Shown piece after piece: positions 1 through 8,693 of a stretch of 49,949 nt of DNA. The notes beneath the pieces are model-generated. The model had not been told where the DNA came from and ran no database searches. It saw nothing but the letters and a program-made list of their open reading frames with translations. Both the position numbers and the translations under genes were made by a program. How positions within the stretch are numbered: position 1 is the first letter of the stretch; every line of letters starts with the position of its first letter. The stretch is taken from NCBI GenBank assembly GCA_003135575.1, contig PLCG01000110.1, positions 1 through 49,949 of the forward strand, read 5' to 3'. Source of the DNA: Nitrososphaerota archaeon. GTDB taxonomy: Archaea > Thermoproteota > Nitrososphaeria > Nitrososphaerales > Gagatemarchaeaceae.

Positions 1-1
1 A

Positions 2-238
2 GCCAAGGGTCCGCGCCGGCCGTGGTAGCCCGAGCCGCTCCGCGAGCGCGACCCCCTGGTCGACAGCCCGCTCGAGCCTCTCCCTTGTGGGGTTTCCCGA
101 CCTGGAGTACTCGTAGCCCTTGGTCTTCCCTATCTTTGCCTGGGCGAAGGTCGAGGAGGTGTAGATGGGCGGCGTGACCGCACCCGTGAGCTCGTCAGGT
201 TCGTTGCCGACGTGGACGGCACGCGTGTCAAAGCGCAT
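2..238 (-). CDS. Cystathionine gamma-lyase/synthase family PLP enzyme, N-terminal part (runs off the window; not in the ORF track)
   Basis: Manual translation MRFDTRAVHVGNEPDELTGAVTPPIYTSSTFAQ...GYEYSRSGNPTRERLE has the Cys/Met metabolism YSRxGNPT motif; lies directly downstream of the CBS-like gene. Confidence 0.9.
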   Translation of the reverse strand, partial: MRFDTRAVHVGNEPDELTGAVTPPIYTSSTFAQAKIGKTKGYEYSRSGNPTRERLERAVDQGVALAERLGLPRPARTLG

Positions 239-264
239 GGAGGGACGGGCCAGTCTGCGTGACT

Positions 265-1239
265 TTAATCTTGCGAGAGGCCGTGCTCTTTCAGCCAACC
301 CGGGTTGTAGACCTTGCTCAGGTAGCTCCTGCCGGAGTCGGGGATGATGACGACTATGAGCTTCAGGCTGGGCATCCTCCTCGCGAGCTCCAGGGCTCCG
401 GCCACCGCGCTGCCCGACGAACCCCCCGCGAGGATGCCTTCTTCGAGGACCAGCCGGTGAGCAGTGGCGATGCTCTCTGCGTCGCTCACCCTGATTATCT
501 CGTCTACGACGCTCTGGTCATAAGTCCCGGGGACAAAGTCCTCCCCGACGCCCTCGACGAGATATGGGTGAAGCGGGTCTGTCGTGCCGTGCTTGAGGTT
601 CCCGTAGATCGAGCCCTCGGGTTCCACGCCCACCACGAGAAGGGACTTGCGCTTCCGCTTCAGGTATCTCCCCGCCCCTGAGATGGTGCCGCCTGTGCCC
701 ACCCCCGCGACGAACGCGTCTACCTTCCCCTTGGTCTGGCGCCATATCTCTGGCCCCGTAGTCGCATAGTGCGCCTTCGGGTTGCCTTCGTTCTGGTATT
801 GGTTCGGCATGAAGGAGTTAGGCGTCTCCCGCTGGAGCCTGCGCGCGACATTGACATAGTGGGCCGGGGAGTTCGGGGTAAGGTCAGTGGGAGCGACCAC
901 AATCTTAGCCCCATAGGCACGGAGGAGCGTCCGCTTCTCCTCGCTCACCTTGTCTGGCATCGTGAAGATCACCTTGTAGCCCCGCACCGCAGCCAGCATG
1001 GCGAGGCCGACGCCCGTGTTACCTGAGGTCGGCTCGATGAGCGTCCCTCCCTTCTTCAGGAGGTGCTTCTTCTCCGCGTCGGCGATGAGATACGCAGCGA
1101 TCCTGTCTTTCACGGAGCCGCCCGGGTTCATGAACTCAAGCTTGGCATAGACCCGAGGCTTCAGCCCTCGCGCGATCCTCCCAAGCCTGACGATGGGCGT
1201 GTTCCCGATGACGTCGAGGATGCTCTCACCCACGCTCAA
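265..1239 (-). CDS. Cystathionine beta-synthase / cysteine synthase (PLP fold II)
   Basis: IGNTPIV, KLEFMNPGGSVKDR (PLP lysine), EPTSGNTG and GVGTGGT motifs. Start placed at TTG 1239; the ORF is open to 1284. Confidence 0.93.
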   Translation of the reverse strand: MSVGESILDVIGNTPIVRLGRIARGLKPRVYAKLEFMNPGGSVKDRIAAYLIADAEKKHLLKKGGTLIEPTSGNTGVGLAMLAAVRGYKVIFTMPDKVSEEKRTLLRAYGAKIVVAPTDLTPNSPAHYVNVARRLQRETPNSFMPNQYQNEGNPKAHYATTGPEIWRQTKGKVDAFVAGVGTGGTISGAGRYLKRKRKSLLVVGVEPEGSIYGNLKHGTTDPLHPYLVEGVGEDFVPGTYDQSVVDEIIRVSDAESIATAHRLVLEEGILAGGSSGSAVAGALELARRMPSLKLIVVIIPDSGRSYLSKVYNPGWLKEHGLSQD

Positions 1240-1341
1240 TTCGAATCTTCCCCCTCCTCGATTTGTTATTATCCCTTCGGACACTACGAAGGCACAAAGC
1301 TGTTAAGCCGAACTCGGGACGGTGAGACGCAACGCAAGTGC

Positions 1342-1429
1342 GCGGGGGTCGCCAAGCCTGGTCAACGGCGTGGGGCTTAGGACCCCATCCCTTAGGGGTT
1401 CGTGGGTTCGAATCCCACCTCCCGCACCA
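1342..1429 (+). tRNA. tRNA-Leu(TAG), intronless, CCA encoded
   Basis: Acceptor stem GCGGGGG/CTCCCGC, anticodon arm TGGGG-CTTAGGA-CCCCA, long variable arm, GTTCGAATC T-loop, ends in ACCA. Confidence 0.97.
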
Positions 1430-1462
1430 TCTTTCAAAAAGAAGCGGTTATTCAGATTCTGC

Positions 1463-2341
1463 TCAATTGAACTCTTTTCTTTCGAAGAGAATCAATCCAA
1501 GCGCGGCTGTGACGAGGAAGTAGACAGCGATTATCGCGAGGCCTTCAGGAATCGTGACGTTGAAGGTTGTGAACGTGGGGGCAGCTGCGCCGCCACGGCC
1601 GCCGAAGCCAGCGATTGTCGTGATGTGCTCAGGATATGTGGTTGTGAGCACGTTGCCTATTATCTGGGAGCCGTATGTCAGGATGAACCACGGCTCGACC
1701 TGTGCGAGGGCGGAGACGAGGGTCTGTATTAGCGTGAACGCGAAGAGGAACAAGATAGCAGTTACCAAGATGGAGTACGAGGTGCTCTTGAAGAGCGAGC
1801 TGAAGAAGAACGTGAATCCCAAGACAGCGACGAGATAGAACCATGCGAACAGGAATGACTCGCCGAACTGCCAGGGGATACTCACTCCTGGGAAATAGTA
1901 CGTCTCGTTGGCCAAGGTTATCACCGTGAAGATGAGGAGTATTATTGATGCCGCGATGAAAGCTGAGAGCCATTTCCCGACGTAGATGCTCGATCTCCTG
2001 ATTGGGTTAGGTAGCGTGAAGTATCCGGTCTTGTTCTGAAACTCACCGGAGATTGCGTCGCCTCCGAAGAAAATCCCGGAGAGCACCGTGATGAACGTCA
2101 CGGACATTCCCCACCACCCCGAAAGAAATGCGAGTGGAGAGCCGAGGAAACCCGCCGGTCTGTAGTACCCGATTACGCCTGTGAGGATTCCGCTTATGAT
2201 GAATGTGATGCCGAGGAGTATCACGAATCTCCGAGACCTAAGGTAGTCGAGGAAGCTGTATCTCATGACAACGCCAACTTGCGCGATGCTCCCTGGTACC
2301 TTATGCCCGACCTCCGTTGTTGGTTTTTCCATGGGTATCAC
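1463..2341 (-). CDS. ABC-2 type transporter permease
   Basis: Multiple transmembrane segments; GDAISGEFQNKTGY...PIRRSSIYVGK motif; follows an ABC ATPase. Confidence 0.88.
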   Translation of the reverse strand: MIPMEKPTTEVGHKVPGSIAQVGVVMRYSFLDYLRSRRFVILLGITFIISGILTGVIGYYRPAGFLGSPLAFLSGWWGMSVTFITVLSGIFFGGDAISGEFQNKTGYFTLPNPIRRSSIYVGKWLSAFIAASIILLIFTVITLANETYYFPGVSIPWQFGESFLFAWFYLVAVLGFTFFFSSLFKSTSYSILVTAILFLFAFTLIQTLVSALAQVEPWFILTYGSQIIGNVLTTTYPEHITTIAGFGGRGGAAAPTFTTFNVTIPEGLAIIAVYFLVTAALGLILFERKEFN

Positions 2342-3285
2342 AGGGTGTCCTTAATCAGGTTAAGGTATGATTCCTCGAGGGCAGACGATGCCGGTTTGTA
2401 GCTGACTACGCCGATGTTCAGTCTCACCAGATCTGAAAGTACCTTCTCCTGGATGTCCAGGCCGCCGCTGCATTTGATCCGAAGGTTCTTGTCGTCTTTT
2501 TTCTCCGCTGAGACTACGCCTTGGATGACTGCAATGTTTTTTTCCATGATGGAGGAGTCAATCGGCCGTATCAGCTCCACTTCCACTATGTTTGCGCCTC
2601 CTGCGAACTTTGCAGTGACGTTCGGAAGCGTGTCGTAGACCAATAGCTTGCCGTGGTCGATCATGGCCACCTCGTCGCAGACGTCGGCGACTTCGCTGAG
2701 GATGTGGGAGCTCATGAAAATCAGTCTGTCCTTCTTCTTCAGCGACTTGACGATGTCCCTTACTTCACTCATCCCTCGAGGGTCGAGTCCGGTGGTGGGT
2801 TCGTCCAACAGGACGATTGTGGGGTCGCTCAAGAGTGCTGATGCGATGCAAATCCTCTGCTTCATTCCCTTGGAGAACTTGCCAACCCTCTTGTTGGCCC
2901 ACTCTTGCATTCCGACTTCGACAATTACATCCTCAATCTTCTTCTTCCTCTCGGAGTGAGGAATACCCCTTATGGCGGATATCATCCCGAGGGCCTCCGT
3001 CGGGGTCAAGGATGGGTAGATTTCAGGGGTCTCGATTACGGTGCCGACGTTCGCAAGTGCGGCCTTCTTGTGAGTGTGGACGTTGTTCCCGTTAATCAGC
3101 GCCTCGCCCGAAGACTGTCTTATCAGGTCGGTGAATATCTTGAGCGTAGTGGTCTTGCCCGCGCCGTTAGGGCCCAGGAATCCCACGCACTTGGAGCCCT
3201 CAATTTTCAGGTTGAGGTTAGACAGGGCAGTGAAAGAGCCGTATGTCTTTGATAGGTTCACGGCCTCTATCGATGGATTCGTCAA
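2338..3285 (-). CDS. ABC transporter ATP-binding protein
   Basis: Walker A GPNGAGKTT, signature FSKGMKQR, Walker B LLDEPT, H-loop SSH. Confidence 0.95.
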   Translation of the reverse strand: MTNPSIEAVNLSKTYGSFTALSNLNLKIEGSKCVGFLGPNGAGKTTTLKIFTDLIRQSSGEALINGNNVHTHKKAALANVGTVIETPEIYPSLTPTEALGMISAIRGIPHSERKKKIEDVIVEVGMQEWANKRVGKFSKGMKQRICIASALLSDPTIVLLDEPTTGLDPRGMSEVRDIVKSLKKKDRLIFMSSHILSEVADVCDEVAMIDHGKLLVYDTLPNVTAKFAGGANIVEVELIRPIDSSIMEKNIAVIQGVVSAEKKDDKNLRIKCSGGLDIQEKVLSDLVRLNIGVVSYKPASSALEESYLNLIKDTL

Positions 3286-3307
3286 GACGTTGTCGCCTGT
3301 GCTGCTC

Positions 3308-4084
3308 CTAGCTAACTACCTTTCTGAACAAGTAGACGGTGACGCTCATCGTCACAAGCGCTATCAGCGCTATCACTGCTAATGACGTGACCTCGGCGCT
3401 CAAGGAGAACGCGTTTGGCAACGCCAAGTCCCTCACCGCGGTGGTCGCGAAGCTGATGGGGTTGACGCTGGACACGTCTTGCATCCAGGTCGGCATCGCG
3501 CTGCCTGGCACCAACGCCGTGCTGATGAAGAGCAGTGGGAACGTGAGAAAGGCGCCGATGCCAAAGACCGTCTCCGCGCTCTTGGTCCTTAGTCCGAGCG
3601 TCAAGGAGATTCCCGACCAAGCGAACCCGAAGAACGCGATGATGAAGAGGGTGAGCAGTATGCCGGCGATTCCGGTCGCCATGTTGAAGCCCAACAGGTA
3701 TGCCAAGCCGAGGATGATTGCCGACTGGACGGTGACCCGGAACGCGTCGGTCGCGAGCCTTCCGATTAGTATGGCGGGGCGGCTGACCTGCGTCACGAGC
3801 ATCTTCTGTAGGAACCCTGAGTTCAGGTCCTCCACAATCGACGTCCCAGATTGCAGGGCGCTGCTGAAGGCATTCTGCATTAAAATCCCGGGAGTGGCGA
3901 ACTCGAGATACGTGATTCCGGAGGGGAAGAGACCCGGGACTTGGGAGAACTTGGAGAACAGCTGAGTGAAGAGCACGAGGAAGATTATCGGCTGAAACAG
4001 CGAGAAGAAGATGAGGATGGGATTACGGACGAGCTTCTTCAGCGCCCTTACGAACAGAAACTGCGTGTCGAAAAGCAGCGTCAT
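3308..4084 (-). CDS. ABC-2 permease (DrrB-like)
   Basis: About six transmembrane helices; YLEFATPGIL and NPISFA motifs. Confidence 0.9.
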   Translation of the reverse strand: MTLLFDTQFLFVRALKKLVRNPILIFFSLFQPIIFLVLFTQLFSKFSQVPGLFPSGITYLEFATPGILMQNAFSSALQSGTSIVEDLNSGFLQKMLVTQVSRPAILIGRLATDAFRVTVQSAIILGLAYLLGFNMATGIAGILLTLFIIAFFGFAWSGISLTLGLRTKSAETVFGIGAFLTFPLLFISTALVPGSAMPTWMQDVSSVNPISFATTAVRDLALPNAFSLSAEVTSLAVIALIALVTMSVTVYLFRKVVS

Positions 4085-4089
4085 GCTCT

Positions 4090-5109
4090 CTATCTTCTCC
4101 TGCTCCCGAACCTTCCAGTAGTGACTTCCTTCACCAGCTCTTCAGTCCTGATCCTCTTGCCGGTGTGCTTCAGGAAGACGTCGTCGAGGCTTGGCGTTGA
4201 GATGTTGATTGACACGAGCTCGATGTCGGTCTTGTCGAATGCCCTGACGAGCTCGGGGACAAACAGCCCGCCATTCTTCACGTAGATGGTCAGCCCCTCC
4301 TCGGTGTCCACGGTCTTAATCACAGCGGGAATCTTCGAGAGCAGTTCCTTGGCTGCTGCCTTCGTTGCGACCTTGTCGCCCGCGCTTTTCTTGTCTTGGA
4401 CGGTGATGGTGATGGCGTCGGCGCCGATATCCTTCTTTAGGCCGACCGGTGAACCCTCCGCGACAATCTTACCCGCGTCAATGATGCATAGCCGCTGGCA
4501 AAGTCTGTCCGCCTCTTCCAGATACTGCGTAGTGAGGAATATCGTGATACCGTCCTTCTTGTTGAGCTCCTCGAGGTAGTCCCACACGGTCGCGCGCGAC
4601 TGGGGGTCGAGGCCAGTGGTCGGCTCGTCCAAGAAGAGGACTTTTGGCTTGTGGACCAGCGTGGAAGCGAGATCGAGCCTCTTCTTCATTCCGCCAGAAT
4701 AGCGGCCCGCCCGCTTGTCGGCCGCGTCTTTCAGCCCGACGACCTCAAGGAGCTTGTCCACCCTCTCCTCCAGCTCTTTGCCCTTCATCTGCTGCAAGTG
4801 TCCCAGCAGAATTATGTTCTCCCTGCCGGTCAGTTCGGGGTCGACCGAGGTCTCTTGGCTCTGGACACCGATGATTTTCCTGATTTCCTTTGCTTCCTTG
4901 TCGAGGTCTAGGCCCGCGACGGAGACAGACCCCGAAGTCTTCCTAAGCAATGTGGTAAGAATCTTGATTGTTGTGCTCTTGCCCGCGCCGTTAGGCCCTA
5001 GAAAGCCGAAGAACTCGCCCTCGTTCACCTTGAAGGAAATGCCGTCGACGGCTTTAGTCCCGTCAGCGTAAACCTCGACGAGATCGCTAACGGAGATGAT
5101 GTCTGGCAA
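4090..5109 (-). CDS. ABC transporter ATP-binding protein (DrrA-like)
   Basis: GPNGAGKST, YSGGMKKR, FLDEPTTGLDP, TTQYLEEAD and C-terminal PSLDDVFLKHTG. Start placed at TTG 5109; the ORF is open to 5124. Confidence 0.95.
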   Translation of the reverse strand: MPDIISVSDLVEVYADGTKAVDGISFKVNEGEFFGFLGPNGAGKSTTIKILTTLLRKTSGSVSVAGLDLDKEAKEIRKIIGVQSQETSVDPELTGRENIILLGHLQQMKGKELEERVDKLLEVVGLKDAADKRAGRYSGGMKKRLDLASTLVHKPKVLFLDEPTTGLDPQSRATVWDYLEELNKKDGITIFLTTQYLEEADRLCQRLCIIDAGKIVAEGSPVGLKKDIGADAITITVQDKKSAGDKVATKAAAKELLSKIPAVIKTVDTEEGLTIYVKNGGLFVPELVRAFDKTDIELVSINISTPSLDDVFLKHTGKRIRTEELVKEVTTGRFGSRRR

Positions 5110-5137
5110 GGCTCTGCCGTGCACGCGCTCAGCTGGG

Positions 5138-5207
5138 TTTTATAAGTATATCGAATACGATACTGATAGTAGTCACAATACACTGTAGTATTTCAACACC
5201 TTATATA
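5138..5207. promoter_or_regulatory. Divergent TATA promoters with two inverted repeats (candidate PadR operators)
   Basis: TTTTATAA at 5138-5145 and CTTATATA at 5200-5207; ATATCG-N4-CGATAC at 5148-5163; AATAC-N6-GTATT at 5177-5192. Confidence 0.55.
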
Positions 5208-5232
5208 GACGGGGTCGTGAAGAATTATTGTA

Positions 5233-5787
5233 ATGTCCGAGTCTGGAGCGAAGAAGTGGATACATCCACAGACGGTGCCTCGAGGGATTCTTCGCCTCTA
5301 CATCTTGTCGATGTTGTCCAAGAAGACTGAGACAGGTTACTCGATAATGCAGACAATCGAGGACAAGACTGAGGGCGCATGGAGGCCTGGTCCTGGGACG
5401 GTCTATCCGTTGCTCAGAAGCCTAGTCAAGGAGGGTCTCCTCGAAAGGCTCGGGTCATTGGAAGATGGGGCGGCGGTGAAGTATTCTGCGACCAAGAAGG
5501 GAAAGCAAGAGCTGGAGGAGATGCAGCGGACTTTGGCTTCGGCTGGAAAGAGGGAGCGCGTCATGATCCGCCTCTTCGCGGATCTGCTGCCTCCCGGGGC
5601 GTGGGCGTCTGCGTTCATGAATCGTGGGAGAGAGATTTTCGACGTCTTCCAAGAGAAGATTTCTCAGATCCCCCAACCTCAACGTGATACCATGCTCAAA
5701 GAGGCTCGGTCGATGTTCGACGCGAATATTTCGTGGGTCGACTCGCAGCTCCGACACAAGAAGAAGCGCGTCTCTGAAGAGCAGTAG
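5233..5787 (+). CDS. PadR-family transcriptional regulator
   Basis: RGILRLYILSML...GYSIM...WRPGPGTVYPLLRSLVKEGLL...YSATKKG pattern; divergent from the ABC operon. Confidence 0.9.
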   Translation: MSESGAKKWIHPQTVPRGILRLYILSMLSKKTETGYSIMQTIEDKTEGAWRPGPGTVYPLLRSLVKEGLLERLGSLEDGAAVKYSATKKGKQELEEMQRTLASAGKRERVMIRLFADLLPPGAWASAFMNRGREIFDVFQEKISQIPQPQRDTMLKEARSMFDANISWVDSQLRHKKKRVSEEQ

Positions 5788-5807
5788 AGCCAGAAGCTTA
5801 GGACGCC

Positions 5808-6056
5808 TTAGTGGTTGGCGGGTATCCTCGACACGATTGACTTTCCAAGTTCTGTCAGTTGGTACTTGCCGGCGTCCCCAAAGAACTGGACGTGGTACTC
5901 GACGAACCCGAGGGCCATCAGTTCTTTGATATGCAGCAGTGTCCTCCATTGGGAGTTGTTCCCAAGGAGCTTGTCGAGCTGGGCGTTGGAGAGGCCGTCT
6001 GGGCCATTTGCTAAAGCCAGCAGGATGGTGACGAGTTCGTCTTCGCGGAAGACCAT
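5808..6056 (-). CDS. Small winged-helix domain protein
   Basis: ILLALANGPDGLSNAQL...IKELMALGFV...KYQLTELGK wHTH pattern. Start placed at ATG 6056; the ORF is open to 6170. Confidence 0.7.
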   Translation of the reverse strand: MVFREDELVTILLALANGPDGLSNAQLDKLLGNNSQWRTLLHIKELMALGFVEYHVQFFGDAGKYQLTELGKSIVSRIPANH

Positions 6057-6235
6057 TTGCAGAGTCTTCTCCTGCTCCTTCGACTCTGATGGCCAGAACC
6101 AGATGCCCTTCATCGTTGGAGTCGACCCGACGGCATTGATAAGGGAAGCGAGTGATTGAATTGGTTTCACGATTGAATCAACTGTTTTTCGTCTGACTGG
6201 AGAAAAGGAATTATGATGTTACGTGTCTGGTCTTT

Positions 6236-6490
6236 ATGGAAGTAATCACCCAATACGCGGATCACAGAGCCGAGATAGAAGAACGGATTCGTTCGCTGGA
6301 ATCTGAGCAGACGACCCTCCTGACCGAGATTGCAAGTCTCAAGGAGAAACTCACCACTCTCGAACTCGAGAGACACGCCACCTCCCTGTCCAACGAGGTC
6401 GAGGCCTTGAGGACGGAGAAGGCCGTGTTGGAAGAGAAAGTCGCCACGTACTCCAGCCCTATCGCCCCGAGCGAAAGCTACACAGTCTAG
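6236..6490 (+). CDS. Small coiled-coil hypothetical protein
   Basis: Continuous heptad Leu/Ile pattern, Glu/Lys-rich; typical codon usage. Confidence 0.7.
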   Translation: MEVITQYADHRAEIEERIRSLESEQTTLLTEIASLKEKLTTLELERHATSLSNEVEALRTEKAVLEEKVATYSSPIAPSESYTV

Positions 6491-6506
6491 CTGGTCACAA
6501 CTCTGA

Positions 6507-6932
6507 CTAGCGAAGCCTGCTCGCCTTCTCCTCGAGCTCTCCCTTCTCTTTTCTAAGATAGGCGACGTGCTTCTCCAGAGCCTCGAGTTTCGATTCCAAG
6601 GCCCTGGTCTCCGCGTCTCTCTTGCTTCTGTCGACGACCTTCTGGAGGTCTGCATACTCCTTGTCCATGGCTCCGATTCGTTTCTCCAGGTCCTGGTTCG
6701 TCTTCTTCAGGTTCTTGATGTCAGTCTGGATTTTGCCTAGTTGCTCCTCCGCCACGAGAAGGTAGTGCTGCCTGCTCACGACGGTGGGGAACTTCGTGCC
6801 GCATTTGTCGCAGCTATACATGCCGACCTTCCTCTGGGTTAGGCCGCGTTCGCCTTCCTTCGGCTCAACGATAACAGTAAAGAGCTTCGTTGGTGTCGCA
6901 ATCGCAGTTCCGCAGTTTGGGCAGGAGGGCAA
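6507..6932 (-). CDS. Cren7-like zinc-ribbon domain fused to a C-terminal coiled coil
   Basis: N-terminus CPNCGTAIATPTKLF...RKVGMYSCDKCGTKF, then ~80 aa of heptad repeats. Confidence 0.7.
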   Translation of the reverse strand: MPSCPNCGTAIATPTKLFTVIVEPKEGERGLTQRKVGMYSCDKCGTKFPTVVSRQHYLLVAEEQLGKIQTDIKNLKKTNQDLEKRIGAMDKEYADLQKVVDRSKRDAETRALESKLEALEKHVAYLRKEKGELEEKASRLR

Positions 6933-6971
6933 GCGCTAGCCTTGGCGTGGAGACTTTATGTTAAATCTTTG

Positions 6972-7265
6972 CTACTCGCGGATTGACTCTAGGTCGGAAA
7001 CCGCCGACCAGAGTATGACTCTCGCGAACGAGGACATGTTAGGGTCTTGGGCGACCTCGTCGAGCATACTGATTGCGTTCGCAGCCCTTACGGCCAGGCT
7101 CACCTTCGGGTCTTGGAGGGCAATGATCGAGTCCTTCACTATCTTCCTTATGTTGCGCGGCGTGATGTTCGAATCGGCAATCTGCTGAAGGCTCGCGCTA
7201 GCCTTCGCTAGCCTGCCGTCGTTCTGTTGCTGCTTCTTCTCTCTGTTCGCCTTTGTGGTACTCAT
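6972..7265 (-). CDS. UPF0147 family protein
   Basis: PRNIRK...AVRAANAISMLDEVAQDPNM...R..LW..VS.LESI motif. Confidence 0.9.
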   Translation of the reverse strand: MSTTKANREKKQQQNDGRLAKASASLQQIADSNITPRNIRKIVKDSIIALQDPKVSLAVRAANAISMLDEVAQDPNMSSFARVILWSAVSDLESIRE

Positions 7266-7383
7266 GATTAGCTATCCAGTGATTAAGCGCGGAGTTTCCT
7301 GTGCCTCCCAGCCTTGCATATTTGGCTTTCTATAGCGAGCTAGATGGTTTATAACTCCGGACGGAGGTCGAGTTCGAATCTAG

Positions 7384-7725
7384 TTGAGCACCACCACCGC
7401 GAAGATGAAGACCACCGTCGAGTTGATGAGACGGGGAGCTGTCATGATCAAGGAGCCCTGCTCCGTCTGCAACGGGGTGCAGTTGAGATACAAAGGGAAG
7501 GTTTACTGCAGCAACCATGACGACCTGGCGGTCGCTCTCCAGGCCAAGGAGATACTCTTCCCGGATGTCGCTGAGGACCTGAAGAACCTACTTTTGGTCA
7601 AACTGAAAGAGTCAATGTCGCTCCTAGAGAACGAGAAGGATTCAGCGGAGCTAGACAGGCTCGTCTCCCTGATGACAAGGTATGTCGAGCTGCTTCGAAA
7701 GCTGGAACCTGCTCAAAGAGCTTAA
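7384..7725 (+). CDS. UPF0148 / Sjogren's syndrome-scleroderma autoantigen 1 family zinc-finger protein
   Basis: ELMRRGAVMIKEPCSVCNG...GKVYC motif; divergent from UPF0147, a conserved archaeal pairing. Confidence 0.85.
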   Translation: MSTTTAKMKTTVELMRRGAVMIKEPCSVCNGVQLRYKGKVYCSNHDDLAVALQAKEILFPDVAEDLKNLLLVKLKESMSLLENEKDSAELDRLVSLMTRYVELLRKLEPAQRA

Positions 7726-7752
7726 ATCGGTAGAGCGTCCGGAGCACACTAA

Positions 7753-8226
7753 ATGGTCCTGCGAATAGGCCAGAGGGTGCCCGACTTTTCTCTGCCCGAC
7801 ACCAACAAGCAAGAGAGGAAGCTGTCGGAGTTCACGCAAAAAGGAAAGACCGTGTTGCTCTTCTTCCCGTTCGCCTTCTCAGGAGTTTGCGACAAGGAGA
7901 TGTGTGTGTTCAGGGATGGTGCGACCAAACTTAACTCGCTCAACGCGCAAACGGTGGGCATCAGTGTGGATAGTCTCTTCACGTTGAAGGTCTTCGCACA
8001 GACCTACAACCTGCAGTTCCCCCTCCTTAGCGACTTCAACAAGAAGGTCTCGAAGGCCTATGACGTCCTTCAGGACCCTTGGCCGGGATTCGGATACAAG
8101 GGCGTCTCCAAGCGTGCGGCCCTCGTCCTTGACGGCAAGGGAATCCTCAGGTACAAGTGGGTGACCGACGCCCCCTCAAACGAGCCTCCTTACGAAGAGA
8201 TTATGTTAGCTCTGGGCAAGCTCTAA
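7753..8226 (+). CDS. Peroxiredoxin (AhpC/TSA, BCP/PrxQ-like)
   Basis: FFPFAFSGVCDKEMC (PxxxSxxC), GISVDS and FPLLSDFN motifs. Confidence 0.92.
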   Translation: MVLRIGQRVPDFSLPDTNKQERKLSEFTQKGKTVLLFFPFAFSGVCDKEMCVFRDGATKLNSLNAQTVGISVDSLFTLKVFAQTYNLQFPLLSDFNKKVSKAYDVLQDPWPGFGYKGVSKRAALVLDGKGILRYKWVTDAPSNEPPYEEIMLALGKL

Positions 8227-8284
8227 CGAATGCGTGAGAAGTAGGTCTCCTTTTATAGGAGTTAAGCGGCCTATTTTTCGTAAA

Positions 8285-8647
8285 ATGTCGTCAGAGGCAA
8301 CGAAGATGATCAAGCCGGTGGTGGACATCACGGAGAACGCTGCCTCAGAACTGAAGACTTACCTCGCAAAACAGGACAAACCGATGGCTGGTCTGAGGGT
8401 CTTCGTCTCGGCGGGCGGGTGCTCTGGCCTCTCGTACGGCATGGTCCCCGAAGAGAAGTCGACCGACGACGACTACGTCATAGTGCAGCACGGAGCGAAA
8501 CTGATTGTCGACAAGTCGAGCATGCCGTTTATCGCCGGATCTGTGATTGATTTCCAGTCCGACAAGTTGATGGGTGGTGGGTTCGTGGTTAAGAATCCGA
8601 ACGCGGTTTCCACCTGCGGATGCGGCGAATCTTTCAAGACTGAGTAA
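8285..8647 (+). CDS. HesB/IscA A-type Fe-S cluster carrier
   Basis: GGCSGLSY and NPNAVSTCGCGESF motifs. Confidence 0.95.
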   Translation: MSSEATKMIKPVVDITENAASELKTYLAKQDKPMAGLRVFVSAGGCSGLSYGMVPEEKSTDDDYVIVQHGAKLIVDKSSMPFIAGSVIDFQSDKLMGGGFVVKNPNAVSTCGCGESFKTE

Positions 8648-8693
8648 GGCCGATACTTCAAACCTATATTGGGTTGCAAGCCCAGTGGAGGCC

